63,742 bases of DNA, filler included, from Perkinsus chesapeaki ATCC PRA-425 (GCA_013115145.1; 14 parts of 14 records of this genome joined end to end with filler, not necessarily neighbours in it), one strand, 5' to 3'. Positions 25,501 through 41,106 are shown, counted from the whole stretch's first letter. Notes: a model not told the origin generated them from the letters alone. A program made the numbers and translations.

Positions 25501-25648
25501 GGTTATTGTGACATACTGGCGGATGCTTCCAATACATACAGTAGCTTCCGCCATTATTTACACTATTGCAATATTCATCACCAATTAAACATGAGGAAGG
25601 CTCACCATATATCACAGCTGGTATCAATGTAGCAATGAGTAACCACAT
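22596..25648 (-). CDS. Large secreted protein: signal peptide, two 6-Cys modules, Thr-rich linker and an uncharacterised C-terminal domain of about 700 aa
   Basis: The separate ORFs join in frame through 41-46-nt GT-AG introns (24909-24950, 24812-24852, 24418-24463, 24149-24192, plus two more near 23705-23745 and 22875-22920). One unresolved in-frame TAA at 23647-23649. Confidence 0.8.
25031..25180 (-). repeat. 21-bp coding tandem repeat (about 7 copies, TTTVKPP-like)
   Basis: GGCTTTACCGTTGTAGTAGGA-type units on the + strand encode the Thr-rich linker of the 22596-25648 gene. Confidence 0.85.
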
Positions 25649-26475
25649 TTCGTATGTTAATAGCAGTTACAGTACTTATTGAATGAAACCATGCTTTGCG
25701 CTAGCGTGGTGTTACTTCAATCATTTAATTGTGTTGCTATGATATTGCAGCACCGTGGTGTCACACATGGTGGTGACACGGGAAGGTGTATAGTAACAGC
25801 ATTATGGGAAAATGTAGGTGAAACTGTAGGCATTAATGAATCCCCAAAAGGTTCCGGGAATGATCATAATCTCGAGATACTGTGGCGTTAAGAACTATCC
25901 TGGATTTTCAATTTCATATCTCCTCATTCGAGGGATTCCCTGCGAGGAGCATAAGTGTGGTAAGCTCATCTGAGATGTAGCTCTTCGTTAGGATCTTGGC
26001 GTAATTTTCGACACGAATGTGGTCACCCAAGCTTAATGGAGATTTTTGCATCATTATCTTTAATATCAACAATAGTTAGCAATAGTTATATCCAGTTGAA
26101 GGTCGTTAGGAGTGAAGCTAGCAATTATTGGAAGTAGTGCTTATTTTTCGCACTTTAGGGACTAGAGCTCCATCTCGTGACTCTCGTGCCTTACCCAGTC
26201 ACTGTTTCTGAACTGTCACCTATATTTGAGACTTGAGGGCATTATGGAACAGAGGCCGATCGCACTGCGTTTAGCGTATCATTCGATTAGCATTGTGTTC
26301 ATGTCTAGCACTCCTGGATATTGAATATGACAATCTTCGTTCGCAACCCGATAAAGCAATCGCAGATTGTAACGTTTGAGCATTTAGGGTGTCATTTCAA
26401 TCTTCCTCATTAACTCCTAACTAATCAGACATCGGTGGGCGTCAGCGAATGAGCAACAATGATTCATTGTTGCGA

Positions 26476-26811
26476 TCAAGTACGTCTTCGTCCACGGCTG
26501 TTACCTATATGGTCGTTAGGAATATAGTTGTGCTCTCGATGGTTTCTTTCATCTCTTTGTCCAGGAACAGTTCGTCCATGCGTGTTTCGCACAGGACATT
26601 CATACGCTCTGTTTTTTAACCCATGTAGTTCCATGAAAGTGCCCACTGAGGCCCCCAGTCTGGTCGTCTTGAACTCGAAGCCTCGCCAATAGAAGCCTAT
26701 ACTCTTAACGGTCACACTCGTTCTTCTCTCTGAATAATAAAGTACTCCCGATATACTGCACGACACTGCCGCGGCGACAGTACCGTACAACGTAGAAACT
26801 AAGTTGCCCAT
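26476..26811 (-). CDS. Hypothetical protein or exon
   Basis: ATG-initiated 111-codon ORF (MGNLVSTLYG...). No motif recognised. Confidence 0.25.
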   Translation of the reverse strand: MGNLVSTLYGTVAAAVSCSISGVLYYSERRTSVTVKSIGFYWRGFEFKTTRLGASVGTFMELHGLKNRAYECPVRNTHGRTVPGQRDERNHREHNYIPNDHIGNSRGRRRT

Positions 26812-27126
26812 ATTTGAAAGCTATAAGTTATATCGTTATTCACTATATTATCCCTTCTTTTGCAGTTTCCACTGTTCCATGCCATCGCGCTGTGCTCGCG
26901 ACAGGATTTGTGAACAAGCGTATCTTGATCGATTAATACTGTCTCTCACAGTCTGTTAGGCTGATAGTCAATGTCATTGACTCAATGACTACGTGAGCCG
27001 TTCGAGCCCGTTCAAATACGGCAGGCTCTATTGAATTCGAAAGTCATGAAGGAAGGAGTGGTAGCTCCCACTAAGTAGGGTACACTTGCTTCTCGACTGT
27101 GACAAAAAAGTTGACAGAGCTTAATT

Positions 27127-27158
27127 AAAGGTCCCAGGTTCGATCCCCAGGTACGGTA
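27127..27158 (+). other. tRNA-Phe-like 3'-half fragment
   Basis: AAAGGTCCCAGGTTCGATCCCCAGGTACGGTA resembles the 3' half of eukaryotic tRNA-Phe (AAAGGTCCCTGGTTCGATCCCGGGTTTCGGCA, recalled) and is followed by TTTTT. No recognisable 5' half. Confidence 0.5.
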
Positions 27159-27197
27159 TTTTTCTGATTTAGAAAATGTTAAGCTTCCTTATTTAAA

Positions 27198-27647
27198 ATG
27201 ACCTCTCCTCACTTGCTATTGCTGCTTTTGCCTCTGTTAGCGGTACAGCTTTACCTCTACACCCCACTCGCCCTTCCATCCGACGCTGTTTCTAACGTTG
27301 CCTTCTGGATCCTGACTGCCATCTTGGTTCTTTCCAAGTTGTATTTCACTATAACGTGGTTTCTGCATGCCTTTGCCGGTGTAACATGCCTTTCGCCCAA
27401 AGAGGCATCTCTCGGGCCCTCGGTGAGCCTCTCACTGGTTCCGGACGGTCTAGGATTAGCCATAAAACTGGGTCATCGCAGCACAGGCATCTCAATTGCG
27501 TTGATAGCGTTCGTGGCGGTCATTGTTGCGATGGGTTTGGTGAACATTAAGCGAGCTGAGAGGAGTTCAGAGGCGGGCACCTTGTTGGAACGGCCCCCAC
27601 CTTACGCACCGCACTATGAAGATTCTCAAGATACCATTGCTACATGA
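27198..27647 (+). CDS. Hypothetical small membrane protein with a C-terminal PPPY motif
   Basis: Intronless 149-aa ORF with an N-terminal hydrophobic segment, two further hydrophobic helices and the tail LLERPPPYAPHYED. Confidence 0.6.
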   Translation: MTSPHLLLLLLPLLAVQLYLYTPLALPSDAVSNVAFWILTAILVLSKLYFTITWFLHAFAGVTCLSPKEASLGPSVSLSLVPDGLGLAIKLGHRSTGISIALIAFVAVIVAMGLVNIKRAERSSEAGTLLERPPPYAPHYEDSQDTIAT

Positions 27648-29840
27648 TTTTTGACTCGATCTTGTTCGTCGTGTTGGATATTTCACCTGTGGGGGAATGT
27701 GAAATTAAATGGTTCCAAACAAGCCACACGTGCCAATTTGAAGATTCTAAACTCTATAAAGGGTTCTGTATACTTTTATCGTCACATCGTGCTGCTTGAT
27801 GGCAGCAAGTTCCGAATCGCTGCCCACTTTGTGCAAAAAGCAACTTGCATTTTAACCATTATCAACCCGGGAATCCATTATCAACCCTGTATGGAGATGG
27901 CACTCGGAAGCCCGCGATCGCTGAGGAAATTCGGGAAGCCAAATTCTGACGTTATTAGTATCTTTACGCTTCAGCTGTTAAATAGGATACATGGAGGATT
28001 CCCGACTTATATCGTTACACGACCATCTCTCCGAGGGAATGAGTCGAAGAGGACGCCGAGGAGGGCTTGGAAGGGTGAAGGGGACACCAGGTGGGCGTGT
28101 GGCCCTTGTTGGGTGGTTTAACTTGGGGCTAGGTACCACTGCGGTTTTCCGAACTAGTCGGTTTGAGGATCAGCACATGCCGGACAATCGCCTGTATCGC
28201 GGGTAGGTCGTACAGAAGGAAAACTGATCTTTGGGAACTATCGTGGAATCTTCCGACCTCAGCAGAAACTTATCAAGTCTCGCGGAAATGAGATCCTTGC
28301 AGAAAAAAATATGTTGTGAATGGGGAGATGTTATGGTTTATGCCCAGAAATAAATATCGAATACATTAATCCTGCCAAAACACAGTGTTATTTCATGACC
28401 GAGAGCTCGCGTACGATTACTCATCAAGACATGTTCATGAGTGGAATACGGTCATATAGGATAGGTCATCCGTGTGCTGTGCATAGGTCGTCTCCTAATG
28501 AGTGGCTTCCTGCCGTTAGTGCTTCATGGACCCAATCGGAAAATGCAGAGCTTGAAGGTTACGACTAGTATTAAAACTGCGAGCGCTGATTGGGAATTGT
28601 TCCTGGCACTCCCTCTGTCGAAGAAGTGTGTCCTCAGATTCGTTCGCGGTGGAGTGCTTGGTAAAAGGAAGTTGGACAGGATAATAGAGGACGTGCTGAG
28701 CAAGAAGGGAGGGAAAATGCCCTGGAAGACTTTGCGAAGGGAGTGTGTGGAACAGTGGAGGATAGAAAATATGACTGATAAGGTACTAATGGAAATGGGG
28801 GGAATTAGTTTTACATGGCGTGGGGGAGATCAAGTTCTTTAGCGAGGTCCCTTGTCTTGGTAGGAGTTGGCCTATGTCGTATGACCAGTAAAACGGTGCG
28901 TATTCCAGGTATTCATCGATTATTCAAAAGTATGTGCGATTGTTATGGAATCTTTATTGTGCTTTTCTGATGTAGTTTGCTTACCGCTGGTGAATCACCA
29001 GTTGCGTACGTTACGAACTAATGTCCTAGGAGCTTTGTGGCTCAAAGGCGGTCACTTTCCATGGAACGAGTTTGAGACAATTTTTACCTGATTTGATGAC
29101 TAGCTGCGCGAGTCGAACTTGCACTTCGGTGTCTGAACATACCGACTGAGTTCTCAACCGGGGATATTAAACTGTTTTCCTAATAAACATTTTCGAGTCG
29201 AACTATTGGGTGACATATTCTACTCAATAGAGGCCCTCAACTTGGCGGGAATAAAATCGTAAGGGCTCGCTTTGGTCTCATCTTGGAGAAAACACTATTC
29301 TCCCTGACCTCGATTCCATCGTCCGAATCGCCGGATCTTGGTCCCCTCCCTGTGACGGAAGTTGAGCTTCTAAATACTGATGGTTTTCGTTTCCTAACTG
29401 TGATATTCATACGTGTTCTTCTGTGGGGAATGTATGAGATGTTCGCTTTTAATTTGGTTCCTCAGAGGAGCGATAAAGAAGTCGGCGACATAGTCCTCAC
29501 GACTATACCCCCGGCATATCTTTCCAAGAAGAGCAATATGGTCGTGAAGAAGAAGTGATGGGTCGGAGGAAATCGTGTCGATGGTGTCGACACGAAACGT
29601 TTACTAGTTATTCCTTCAATATTGAAGGAGTGGTGTTAAAGTCATATAAGAACGGGCATGGGAGATTATATCGCGTCGGGGGGAAGATGGCAATAATCGT
29701 ATAGTCCCCTGGATGTTCTACCGGCATAGTTTGAAGGGCTTCTGTGTGGCGACCTCGAGACTGGTCAGACACAAAGGATACTCCCTCCTCTCGGCCAGAT
29801 GCAATGGCTTGCTGAGTCAGCCAGGCTGACTATTGGGAAG

Positions 29841-30271
29841 AGTAGTAAACGGTAGTATATAAAGATATATAGTAGTAGTAAAAAGTAGTAAACGGTAGTA
29901 TAGTATATAGTAGTAGTAAAAAGTAGTAAACGGTGGTATAGAAAGGTATATAGTAGTAGTAGAAAGTAGTAAACGGTGGTATATAAAGGTATATAGTAGT
30001 AGTAAAAAGTAGTAAACGGTAGTATATAAAGGTATATAGTAGTAGTAAAAAGTAGTAAACGGTAGTATATAAAGGTATATAGTAGTAGTAAAAAGTAGTA
30101 AACGGTAGTATATAAAGGTATATAGTAGTAGTAAAAAGTAGTGAACGGTAGTATATAAAGGTATATAGTAGTAGTAAAAAGTAGTGAACGGTAGTATATA
30201 AAGGTATATAGTAGTAGTAAAAAGTAGTGAACGGTAGTATATAAAGGTATATAGTAGTAGTAAAAAGTAGT
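29841..30271. repeat. 43-bp minisatellite (about 10 copies) running into a gap
   Basis: Unit AGTAGTAAACGGTAGTATATAAAGGTATATAGTAGTAGTAAAA; period 43 (for example 30001 and 30044). Confidence 0.95.
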
Positions 30272-30371
30272 NNNNNNNNNNNNNNNNNNNNNNNNNNNNN
30301 NNNNNNNNNNNNNNNTTAATTAATTAANNNNNNNNNNNNNNNNNNNNNNNNNNNNNNNNNNNNNNNNNNNN

Positions 30372-31894
30372 CAACCATGGCAGCAGATGCGAGAGATCAA
30401 ATCTGTGTCCATGTATTTTGGAAAAGTTTGCCACAGTCTAAATTGGTAGAAGGCTACTTCAATACATTTACCAAGATGGAGAAACAAACATTATCCGAAG
30501 CAGTAACTTTGGTTGGTGATAGCCTTGATAGTCCCGATGAAGAAGGTGAGAAGACCGATGATGATGATGATAATAAGAAGACAGAAGTTACAGCAGTAGC
30601 TTATTGGTCCTATCCTAGTAAAGGAAAGGGAAAAGGCAAAGGCAAAGGTAAAGGATGGTATTATAGTTCTAATTATGGTAAAAGATATAGCCCGAAGAAG
30701 GGTTACGGTTATTTTAAGGGCAAGGCCAAAGGAGGTAAAGGTGAGGGCAAGTATAAGCGCCCGACACCGGAGGATGATAATGATGACGATGATGAACAAA
30801 ATAAAAGAATGAAGGTAGTAACGCCACAGCAGTGGTTAGATGAATGTTCTATTGGTCATCCATCAAAGTTTATTAGTGTAGGTGATAGCCAACAATTAGT
30901 GGTAGCACTCCTTGATACGGGTAGCTCTAAGACCCTGATGTCGAAGAGAGTGGCAGATATGATAAAGATAGCTCATAAGTACCCAGTAGAGAACAATGAT
31001 ATCATTGTTGGTATTGCTGGCAAGGTTGATATTCTCTGTTATATAGACGTAGTTGTAAATCATCATGTTGAGTTGCAGTGCCCAGTAGTTAATACCGAGA
31101 ACGGTATAATCAGGATGAATGGAATATACGTAGATATATTATTTGGAATGGATTACTGCAATCAATTCGAACTAGTGAATTATATAAACAAAAAGAGTTC
31201 CGAAACAATCCAATGATACTTGCATATCAAGTACACAAAATGCGAATAAAAACGACCAACAAAGAGAAAGCGAGTTGAGTGAGAAAGCAACGAAAGATGC
31301 AACGATAAAGGCTAGTGATTTTGAAGCAAATCGTAGGAATGGAAAATGGAGCATAGCATGGAAATGGATAAGTAAACCTAAAGAAAAACACATACGAGTT
31401 CCATTTTATAGCGGTCAGATTGAATCATTATCAACGCAACAGAAAGTTATTCAAGAAAGAAATTGAATTATGGATTGAAAAGGGATACATAAAACCATGC
31501 ACTGAAGAATATGCCAAAGCAACATATACGATAATGCCTCAAATACAAATGCATAAGGAGAGCACTCCAGTTAGACCAGTATTGAACCTGAAACCTTTGA
31601 ATAGCGAAATAAAAAGTCTACCGAATGAACAGTCAGATCCTCTTGCGTGTGGTAACACTTTACGTAGATGGAGATGTAAATACGGGCCTGGAACGTTATT
31701 AATAGATATTAAAAAGGCATATTTACAAGTATCAGTAGAGGAAGAACTCAGGCCCTACCTATGTATACGTATCCCATTTCTTGATCATGAGTATTGGACA
31801 ATGGACTCGATGCCATTTGGCTTAAATATTGCGCCAAAATGTCTAACGGAAATAATAGCGTTCTGTTTAAAAGAGGACAATATACAAGATTTAG
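30372..31894 (+). mobile_element. LTR retrotransposon fragment (Gag end, aspartic protease, start of RT), Bel/Pao- or Gypsy-like, frameshifted
   Basis: LLDTGSS protease motif near 30914; RT motifs VRPVLNLKPLN, IDIKKAYLQV and MPFGL. The pol region is split over three frames at 31216-31466. Confidence 0.88.
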
Positions 31895-32399
31895 NNNNNN
31901 NNNNNNNNNNNNNNNNNNNNNNNNNNNNNNNNNNNNNNTTAATTAATTAANNNNNNNNNNNNNNNNNNNNNNNNNNNNNNNNNNNNNNNNNNNNTTGGAG
32001 CTCCGATTAGTGACCGTCTAGGATGTAAAAATACGATATATACAATGACAAATCTTTTCCGATAGGTCTCCTGAGGGCGTGCCCGGATTTGGACCGAGGA
32101 CTTGCTAACCCCCAGTACCTACTGATCTGAAGGAATGCCGCCCCACAACCGAAGCATCCTTCTCGAACGTTGCGATGAACGTTAAAAAAGACGGATACAC
32201 ATTGTGCATACCAAATTGTCCCCGGAGGCGTCCGAACTTGAACCAAAGTAGTTACTATAAGCATAGAGGGGTTTCAGCTACGAAAAGTAAACTACTACTA
32301 CACTGTATATACCATATATTTATGAAACTCGTGAAAAGTCAACAAAGATGTACCCCTAAAAATCTTGGAAACTTTCCAGATCATGTGGCTAGTTCAACA

Positions 32400-34700
<2,301 letters not shown>

Positions 34701-35012
34701 GATGGACCAGCAATATGCAGCACAACAGCGAAAATGTGTGTCCAACGGCAGGCCCCAGATATAGTAACAACGCAACACGAACTACCACTGCAAACTGCTG
34801 ATGATCATAAAACGGTACATGAGTCATTGCACTGAAGCACAACGGTAAGAGTGTGGGCACCGTTGGAGCGTAGCGCCCACAGTGCCACGGTGTCACACGC
34901 CCGTGACACCGTTCAATGACCGGTTTAATACGTTATAGGCAATAGGATAGTAGTGATCAACATTAACGGCACGACGAATACGACAGAAACGCTAATTGGT
35001 GAGGAGAAGCGA

Positions 35013-37597
35013 TTATCCAGCCATTGCTTGGTCAACTTCGTTGGTCAACTGTTTTGGATCTCTTTCTTCATATGCCTTCTCGAGCAAGTTCCATCTTGAC
35101 CGCCGAAGCAGCTCACCATCATGTAGCCTGATTAATAACATAACAGAGCATTCAGCGATACCCTTCTAACCTAGAAGATTCCATCTGGTACGCCGCGCTG
35201 CAGGAGTCGAACAAAGGTGGATCTGCCTCCATGAGCAGCTTCAATACGTTACAGGTGAGTCCATGCACTGTACTGTTCCAGTGATTATTGGAATTATGGT
35301 ACCTGCTTTTGGGCAGCGCATCCCTTTGGCCTCCACATGGTGAATGCCACTTACAGAGGGCCCACGATGATAGGAAAGATCATCTTACGATTGTCATTGA
35401 TGAGTCTGACTACTGAGTCGTTATTCCAGTAGAACAAGGCACGTTCAGCAACCTAATCAAAGTCTTGGTTACGTAGTACCAAGTCTTACACACTGACTAC
35501 CTGGAAGTGTGGGCTTGTTATAGACTTGGCAACTCGTTGGAAAAGGCCAACTTTAATTTCGTCGAACTCTGGTGGCTGGGTGAGCTAAAACGGTAACAGT
35601 TGTAGTTCCCTATTCACCTACCACTGACAGTACCGTACATCAAGTATAGAGCGCAGAGGAAGCGCGGCGCTCGATGTGAGGAGGAGGAGCTACGAACTTC
35701 TCCACATTGAGGAAGCGATCACGAGGGACAAATTCCCATCCTTGGATGCCTCCCTGCTTACCTCTAGCAACTCCTCAATCTCCGTAAGAAACTGGACTTC
35801 TTTCGATGGGCTTACGACAGGCCAAAACCGTAGGAGACCTGTTTCGGCAAGATACGTTGTCGGTAATAGGCGACATTAGCACCTTTGATGACAGTCCCCG
35901 CCAGGCGGGAATCCTTCTCAACGTACTGTGCGACGCAATAAGACAGAGGTTGATAGAATGCATTCAGCGAGCGAGCCTGAATACAGGATGAGTGTTGAAA
36001 TATCTGCCGCCCTTCATCTGTTAAGCTCTAAGATTCCCTCACCCATAAGGCACCTCCAACCCTGTGAGATTCAGTGAACTATTTGAATCTTGTGGAATCC
36101 CATCAAAATTGTCCTTACTCGCCAACGCACACATGCTTATATATTCCACCACATGGACGGAAGCTATAAGCTTCACTAGCCCCACAGTAATGAGATGCAC
36201 GCACTGCCAATGACCATGCCGGAGATGCCCGTATCTTACCGTGTGTAGGGGTATAAGACACTTCTCCAAGAAGAGCTTATGCTCCTCCTTTAAAGGTAAG
36301 GCAAAACCATTAATTATCGAACCCAATATCTCAAGCATTTCAGCCACACCGTTATGGCTGGCGGATTCGCTGATTATACGCAGGAGGAAGTGTTGAAGCG
36401 AGCGACGGATGAAAGCTCGCATGGCCATCATCTTGCCTAACAACACTTTCAACGCCAATTCCGTCCCTAGCAGCCCACCGTAAATACGATGCAGGATCGT
36501 CTTAAGGTAATCCCTCTCACGGCTGTCATCGGATTCAAATGTTGATAAAAACCTGACGAAGGTCTCTGGCGGTAAGCTCTTCTGAAGACTACTACTTGAC
36601 GATGAAAGCCTGATCCAAGTACTTCCTCAACGACCGGACATCCACTTCATTAGACACGATAAATCGGAAGAAAATTTCATACCTGGACGATCGACAAAGG
36701 TGACTTCCTTAATACAGCGGATAGGTAGGTACTTACACTATTTGTAGGTGCGGCCATGACCGTTCGGGGACTGGCTCGTCCTCTTCCAGGTCGAAAACAG
36801 CCATTGGGTTTTGAGACCGTGGTGGTGGTAACTGAACGACGAAGATAAGTCCTGAATCGAATGTTTATCCTAGTGGTATCACAGCGCCCTTCTATCCAAG
36901 AGACCGCACGTTCGAATCCTCCCCCTGTCCCCAGTATTACCGAGCGAAACATATTAGCCGTGGTCATTGCGACGACCTCTGCCGCAACGCTGTCGTCGTA
37001 ACAGCTCCTGGCTTGATTGACATACCTTCCCGCTTCTGTGTGGCTTACTCTAGTTATTGAAAGGCTTACTCCAGTATATCCAAAAGCGCTTGACGTTTAG
37101 CCTCCCTTTCACGGATGTATGGCATCTCGTTAGTGAAATCAAATACGATACGGCAGGTACGTAGCTTCAACCTCAAGACCAGCTGTTGGTCTGCGAACGG
37201 TGTTTCTGAGCAACAAACGAAGATGATAGAGTGGACAGTTTCCTTCTGAAACCGAGTAACACGGGGAGTTCATTCCGAAACAATCTGATTTCGTTATTCT
37301 TCGGAAACAATAATTTTACCGTTTTATATAAATTTCTCGACCTGGCTAAAAGCCCAGTTTTCGCGTTCGTGGATCTTACCTTGTAATAGTGGAAGTTCAG
37401 CGAATGGATTCCCCATATCTGTTGTATAGATAATAGGTCCCTCTGGTAGGTCCTCCGCCAATCTGTTCAGCATCTACCCGACAATACCATTACCATCACC
37501 CCTCAAAGTAGCTTACCCTTTCCCTCGCCGTCAATGCACCGTTGATGAGCGAGGATTTGCCTTCGATAGTCGGCGAGTCGTCACTTGAAGAGGACAT
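35013..37597 (-). CDS. Protein phosphatase 2A regulatory subunit B' (B56), multi-exon
   Basis: Exons read [83 protein letters not shown] and [10 protein letters not shown]. Stop TAA at 35013. Confidence 0.93.
36861..36933 (+). other. Degenerate tRNA-like element antisense within a B56 intron
   Basis: A-box-like TCCTAGTGGTA, anticodon-like CTTCTA and B-box GTTCGAATCC lie in tRNA order inside the 109-nt intron 36832-36940. The stems do not pair properly. Confidence 0.45.
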
Positions 37598-38078
37598 GCT
37601 AGCAGTTGGCTTGCCTACATGATCTAAGTATCGAGCTGGTAGGGGCGTTAAGCAGTACTTTTAAAAGGGGAAGAGCTACTCATCCTGTCTCGAGATACCC
37701 GTCGTTTAACGCTCTGGATTATATTCATAAACACTGTACGACCCCACTATGGGGGTTAAAAATGGTGGCTAATAATAACAGCAACTCAACGCAACGCAAG
37801 GCGTTCATTGGTTGGCGAGAATGCGCTTTAATAAGTGGTTGAACACGACTCACTTCGCTCCGCCAACAAAAAGCTGCAATCTGAATCGCTTCGCTCCGTC
37901 TCGTAGATGATTTTCTGACACTCATCTGCAGCTTACTTGTGTCTACTAGCCTAAGCTCCGCTAGTGATAACTTATCATTCTCCCTTCATACCTGTGCAGA
38001 GGCCTCACTGTATCACTTGTATTACAATTATCATGCCCTTATCATTACAGGTTTCGTTGCTTTACTGTATTTTCTACC

Positions 38079-39189
38079 ATGGCTGTTTCTACAAGTTCTA
38101 AGGGCCGTGTCTTGTGCACTGGTGGCATGGGTTATATCGGATCTCATACCATCGTCCAGCTTCTCGCAGCCGGATACGAGGTAGGTCACTTTAACTGTGT
38201 TTAATAGTTATAATGTCTCTTAGTGTGCGATTCTCGATAACCTTTCCAACTCCAACCCGATTGTCTTGGAGCGTCTGAAGACCATCACTGGTGTTGATGT
38301 CCCTTTCTTCAAGGCTGATATCACCGATGCCGAGGCCATGGAGAAGCTCTTCTCTACTGAGCATTTCGACTGTGTTATCCACTTCGCCGGTTTCAAGGCC
38401 GTCGGTGAGAGTGTTGAGAAGCCTTTGATGTATTACCACAATAACATTTCTGGCACCATCACTATGCTCGAGGCCATGATCAAGAACAACTGCAAGAGGA
38501 TTGTCTTCTCCAGCAGCGCTACTGTGTACAAGCCGCAGGAGAGGCCTCTTGTTGAGACCGATGCCCTCGGCCCGATCAACCCCTATGGCCAGACTAAGCT
38601 TATGGCCGAGCAGATCATGGAGGATGTCTGCGTTGCCGATAAGGACATGAAGGTTGAGCTTCTTCGTTACTTCAACCCTGTTGGTGCTCATCCTTCTGGT
38701 CTCATTGGTGAGTCTCCCAATGGCCGCCCTAACAATCTCATGCCCTATGTGCAGCAAGTTGCTGTTGGCCGTCGCCCTTGCGTCAACGTATTCGGTAACG
38801 ATTACGATACTCGTGATGGAACTGGTGTCCGTGATTACATTCACGTTATGGATTTGGCCGATGCTCATGTAAAGGCTGTTACTTATCTTCTTCGTGATGA
38901 TATCCACGGTGCCCATATCCACAATCTTGGTACTGGTCGTGGCGCTAGTGTGCTCGAGATGATCCACGGTCTCGAGGAGGCTTCCGGCAGAGAGATCCCG
39001 TACAAGATCGTTGCCCGTCGTCCTGGTGATTTGGGTAGTGTTATCTGCAACCCAGCTCTTGCCAAGAAGGAACTCGGATGGGTTGCCACTCGTGACATGA
39101 AGACCATCATGGAGGATTCATGGAGGTGGCAGAGCGAGAATCCCTACGGTTACGACGAGGCCCCTAAGGAAGAGGAGAAGGCTGAGTAG
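38079..39189 (+). CDS. GALE: UDP-glucose 4-epimerase, copy 1 (one intron)
   Basis: TGGMGYIGSHT (NAD-binding), IHFAGFKAVGES, FSSSATVY, YGQTK (YxxxK), [10 protein letters not shown] and [12 protein letters not shown]. Confidence 0.96.
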
Positions 39190-39494
39190 ACTGTTCCCGG
39201 CCAATGCCTCCAGTTGTCGTCGAAGCAAGGCGCTTGATGGCGACAGCTCAGCGCTGATGCGCGTACTGTTATGTTAAGTTTCTTCTACGTGCTAGCTTTG
39301 TCCTTGAACATCGCTAGTACACCACCAGATGTCTCCATTCCATTTGGAGATGTTATGCATATTATCACAAACGCAATATTCTGTGAGTTGTGTTTTCACT
39401 AGTTGTGGGCGGAGGAGGGTTAGACTAGAGTTGCCATCGGTAAGCCAGCTCTTGCCAATGATGTGGTTGGGCAGTGACGAATATTGTTAGTATT

Positions 39495-41106
<1,612 letters not shown>

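Noticed and set aside
22596-25648. Endogenous virus or bacterial operon (AT-rich, abutting same-strand ORFs, ATGA overlap at 24182-24185)
   Set aside because: The ORFs join in frame through canonical 41-46-nt introns into one signal-peptide-bearing eukaryotic gene. No capsid, polymerase or packaging ATPase motifs were seen.
28474-28842. LYAR-like nucleolar protein fragment (KRKLDRIIEDVLSKKGGKMPWKTLRRECV)
   Set aside because: Only a weak resemblance to a C-terminal helix. No N-terminal C2HC zinc finger or coherent gene model was found.
29841-30271. CRISPR array or telomere
   Set aside because: The units are contiguous with no unique spacers and do not match a short G-rich telomeric repeat.
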